DNA of 62,426 nucleotides from Burkholderiales bacterium (GTDB lineage Bacteria; Pseudomonadota; Gammaproteobacteria; Burkholderiales; SG8-39): NCBI GenBank assembly GCA_035652275.1, contig DASREB010000356.1, positions 1 to 62,426 of the forward strand, read 5' to 3'. Shown piece by piece: positions 59,690 to 62,426 of this stretch (position 1 is its first letter; each line of letters starts with the position of its first letter). The notes under the pieces were generated by a model. It saw only the letters and a program-made list of their open reading frames with translations, ran no database searches and was not told where the DNA came from. The position numbers and the translations under genes were made by a program.

Positions 59690-60358
59690 CGAGGCGACAG
59701 TCCGTCGCGCAGCAAGGATAGCGGCGCTGTCCGCCGCCCATCGCCGGAAGGCGCTGTCGAGCCACAAGTCGTTCGTAACGTCGTTCGCCAGGTTAATGCC
59801 TCTCACCTCGCGCACGATGAGGTGATGCGCGATCTGCGCGAGCAGCGTCCCCTGCGCGGCGTCGCGCACTTCTAGTGCGAGCTTCGCTTCACCGGCGTTG
59901 CGTGTAAGGTTGCGCGTGATCCACGGCGATAGACGGTCTGGCGCATTCACAAAGAGATCGGTCACGCGCGCGGCGATGCGCAAGGCCCCCGCGTCGGGCG
60001 CCTCGAGCACGGTGTAGCCGCGCGCCTTGAACGCGTCCTCGAGGCCTTGGTGGACGCTCTGTGCCGTCAACGCCAACAGGGTTTCCGCCTCCTGGTAGCG
60101 CGGATAGATCGGCTGAAAGCGGTTGTAGGCGTGCCGCTGCGTCACGTAATCATCTCGCAGCGCCACGGCGACTGGCTCGATGAACACCTTGCCGTACGCC
60201 GATAAGGTCGCATCCGGCCGTACGTAGACCTCGTCAAGATTCCTCGAGTGGATCGGCGACAGACCTTCCTTGGTAGTTTGAACTCTGTCGGCTGGCGTGG
60301 CACAGCCAAGCAATGCGCTCACCGTAATCGCTACCAGGGTGAAAGCGGGCAGGTTCAT
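59678..60358 (-). CDS. Lipoprotein, DUF3313-like (tentative)
   Basis: Start is trimmed to MNLPAFTLVAITVSALLGCATP (lipobox LLGC). About 226 aa. The family call is from memory of DUF3313 lipoproteins and was not verified. Confidence 0.45.
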   Translation of the reverse strand: MNLPAFTLVAITVSALLGCATPADRVQTTKEGLSPIHSRNLDEVYVRPDATLSAYGKVFIEPVAVALRDDYVTQRHAYNRFQPIYPRYQEAETLLALTAQSVHQGLEDAFKARGYTVLEAPDAGALRIAARVTDLFVNAPDRLSPWITRNLTRNAGEAKLALEVRDAAQGTLLAQIAHHLIVREVRGINLANDVTNDLWLDSAFRRWAADSAAILAARRTVASSGS

Positions 60359-60405
60359 GGTTCGACCGTAAAATCCTACGACTGACTGCATTGGACAACA
60401 AGGCC

Positions 60406-61707
60406 ATGGCCTCCGCCAACCGCGATAGCGAGATCCAAGCGCTCATGGAGGCTGTGGATCGCGCCGACCAGGCGGGCAATAACGCAGAGGCGGAGCGGGC
60501 GCTCGCACTTGCGCGCGAGCTTGCGCCGGAGCATCCCGGCGTGCTTAACGTAGCGGGCATGCGGGCGCTGGGCCGCGGCGATCCGCGTACCGCGCTTGCC
60601 CTGCTCGAGCGTGCCGCAGCGCTCGATCCGTCCAGTCCCGTCCTATGGCTGCACGTCGCACTCGCGCGGCGCGACTCGCGTGATGAGTTAGGCGAGCGCG
60701 ACGCGCTGGAACAGGCGTTGGCGATCGATCCGCGCTATTTCCCCGCCCTCCTGCACAAGGCGCGGCTGTTCGAGCGCCAGGGAAAATTGAAGCAGGCGGC
60801 GTACATGTATCACGCGTTTCTCTGCTGCCTGCCGCCGGGCACCACGCCGCCGCCGGTCGTGCGTGATGCCATCGACCACGCGAACGAAGTGCTGCGGCAA
60901 AATGACGCCGAGCTGGAGAGATTCCTAACTCCACGGTTGCGCGACATGCGCGCGCGACATCAGGGCGAGCGGCTGGAGCGATTCGACGCCTGCCTCGAGA
61001 CAATACTCGGCAAGCGCCGCGTCTTCACGCCGCAACCGACCTTTCTCCTAGTGCCGCGGATTCCGCCGATCGAATTCATTGATCGCGAGCATTATCCCTG
61101 GCTTGACGCATTCGATGCGGCGGCGGCCGACATCCGCGCCGAGGCGCTGCATGCCCTGATGCAGGCCGCGGGCGAGTTCGTGCCCTACATCTCCATGGCA
61201 CCGGGGTCGCCGGTCGATCAGTGGCGCGAGCTCAACAATTCCAAGCGCTGGAGCACGTTCTTTCTGATGCGCAACGGTAAGCGCCTCGAGCAGCACTTGG
61301 CGCTATGTCCGCGCACGGCGGCGCTGCTCGAGTCGGCTCCTCTTTGCGAGATTCCCGGCCACGCACCAACGGTGTTTTTCTCAGTACTCGCGCCGCGCAC
61401 GCGTATCCCGCCACATACTGGTGTCACCAATGCGCGCTTGATCGTGCATCTGCCACTTGTCGTGCCCCCTGGATGCAACTACCGCGTTGGCGCGGAGCGG
61501 CGCGAATGGCGGGAAGGCAAGGCCTGGGTATTCGACGATACCTTCGAGCATGAGGCGGTAAACGACAGCGACGAGCCGCGCGTCCTGCTCATCTTCGATG
61601 TCTGGAACTGCTTCCTCGGCCAGGCTGAACGCGATCTTCTCGCCGCGCTGATTGCCGGCGTGCAGGAATATAACGAGGGCGAGTCGCCCTTCCGCCAAGG
61701 CGGCTAA
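60406..61707 (+). CDS. TPR + aspartyl/asparaginyl beta-hydroxylase protein, paralog 2
   Basis: TPR N-terminus. C-terminal RTRIPPHTGVTNARLIVHLPLVVPPGCNYRVG...WVFDDTFEHEAVN, parallel to paralog 1. ATG 60406 (an in-frame TTG at 60391 is possible). Confidence 0.8.
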   Translation: MASANRDSEIQALMEAVDRADQAGNNAEAERALALARELAPEHPGVLNVAGMRALGRGDPRTALALLERAAALDPSSPVLWLHVALARRDSRDELGERDALEQALAIDPRYFPALLHKARLFERQGKLKQAAYMYHAFLCCLPPGTTPPPVVRDAIDHANEVLRQNDAELERFLTPRLRDMRARHQGERLERFDACLETILGKRRVFTPQPTFLLVPRIPPIEFIDREHYPWLDAFDAAAADIRAEALHALMQAAGEFVPYISMAPGSPVDQWRELNNSKRWSTFFLMRNGKRLEQHLALCPRTAALLESAPLCEIPGHAPTVFFSVLAPRTRIPPHTGVTNARLIVHLPLVVPPGCNYRVGAERREWREGKAWVFDDTFEHEAVNDSDEPRVLLIFDVWNCFLGQAERDLLAALIAGVQEYNEGESPFRQGG

Positions 61708-61913
61708 CCGCCTGCCGGCTGCTCCGGCTTGCGTGGCGGATTGACCCACTGGATGCGCACGCCGCGGCGTGCCGCCACGTCCTCGACCTGCTGCATCTTC
61801 GCTTGGTCGACGTCCCGCATTCCCGCGCTGACCGGTGTGTTGTCCGCGTTCTCGGTGGTTGAAGCGCAACCGCCGGCAATGAGCGTCGCTGCAAGCACGA
61901 AAGCGAGCCTCAT
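61704..61913 (-). CDS. Small lipoprotein (69 aa), hypothetical
   Basis: [18 protein letters not shown] lipobox-like signal. Its 3' end overlaps the AspH paralog 2 stop by 4 nt. Confidence 0.45.
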   Translation of the reverse strand: MRLAFVLAATLIAGGCASTTENADNTPVSAGMRDVDQAKMQQVEDVAARRGVRIQWVNPPRKPEQPAGG

Positions 61914-62045
61914 AGACCACCTCCCGCGGGAAGTATGCGCTCGGGCGCTTCTACCGGCTACCGAGAGGGCGGGTCCCTCGGCGATATACTTGCGAGCTGC
62001 TGGCTAAACAGAGGCTTACAGGCCCCGAGCGCCAGCCGCCCGACC

Positions 62046-62426
62046 ATGAAATGCCCCTTTTGCGGCTCCGAAGAAACGCAGGTCATCGACACGCGGGCGA
62101 ATGTCGAGGCGAACACTACGCGTCGACGGCGTAAATGCACAGCCTGCGAGAAGCGCTTCACCACCTATGAGCGCGTCGATCTCAAGATGCCGCGGCTGGT
62201 AAAGAAAGACGGCAGCCGCACCGACTTCGACCGCGACAAGCTGATGGGCAGCATGATGCTCGCGCTGCGCAAGCGCCCGGTGTCCACGGACGATGTTGAA
62301 GGCGCGGTCGACCGCGTCATCGAGCGCCTGAGATCCCTTGGCGAGCGCGAGGTGTCCACTACGCGCGTCGGTGACTTCGTGATGCGCGAGCTCGCCAAGC
62401 TCGACAAGATCGCCTATATCCGCTTC
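62046..62426 (+). CDS. nrdR: Transcriptional repressor NrdR, 3' truncated by the window edge
   Basis: This gene is not in the ORF track because no stop falls within the window. Translation from ATG 62046 gives [44 protein letters not shown]..., the NrdR zinc ribbon followed by an ATP-cone. Confidence 0.9.
   Translation, partial: MKCPFCGSEETQVIDTRANVEANTTRRRRKCTACEKRFTTYERVDLKMPRLVKKDGSRTDFDRDKLMGSMMLALRKRPVSTDDVEGAVDRVIERLRSLGEREVSTTRVGDFVMRELAKLDKIAYIRF

Overview
This is a high-GC chromosomal window from a Gram-negative bacterium. The Bug-family binding proteins, TonB-dependent receptor, NodT lipoprotein and glyA/nrdR suggest a Beta- or Gammaproteobacterium. It is almost fully coding, with about 60 genes. 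I found no rRNA, tRNA, CRISPR array, transposase or integrase.

Gene content, left to right:
- **1-4.6 kb:** pmbA (5' truncated), a methyltransferase, a hydrolase, a degenerate cyclase-like gene, a heme-oxygenase-like gene and AlaX.
- **4.6-8.7 kb:** a coxG-coxE-(malonyl-CoA decarboxylase)-coxD accessory block.
- **8.7-10.3 kb:** an orphan ABC binding protein and a ferritin-like gene.
- **10.4-17.8 kb:** a form-II coxSLM-type molybdoenzyme (AYRGAGR motif, so not a true CO dehydrogenase), an OmpR/HK pair and xdhC-mocA.
- **17.8-25.3 kb:** a TAXI-like protein, two Bug-family binding proteins flanking a class III cyclase-FHA gene, glyA, a GNAT and a DUF885 gene.
- **25.1-30.7 kb:** a yejABEF-like peptide ABC importer.
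- **30.7-33.9 kb:** a LytTR module made of a small pre-protein, a response regulator, a kinase and a His-less pseudo-kinase, with AlgR-like direct repeats upstream.
- **34.1-38.1 kb:** a visibly lower-GC islet with hicBA and an unusual Ig-repeat/RHS-core polymorphic toxin with a putative immunity gene.
- **38.1-48.9 kb:** a translationally coupled baeSR-mdtABC-OMF efflux operon.
- **49.2-58.0 kb:** an MFS gene, then a TonB-dependent receptor plus tonB-exbB-exbD-exbD-TPR cluster that ends in two paralogous small lipoproteins carrying a TonB-box-like VTGSRIP motif.
- **58.2-62.4 kb:** two TPR/aspartyl beta-hydroxylase paralogs interleaved with secreted or lipoprotein genes, then nrdR (3' truncated).

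The candidates I rate most novel are the shell-less RHS-tipped toxin/immunity locus, the LytTR module with pseudo-kinase and repeat operator, and the TonB-box-mimic lipoproteins.

All family assignments come from reading motifs in the supplied translations. No database search was run.
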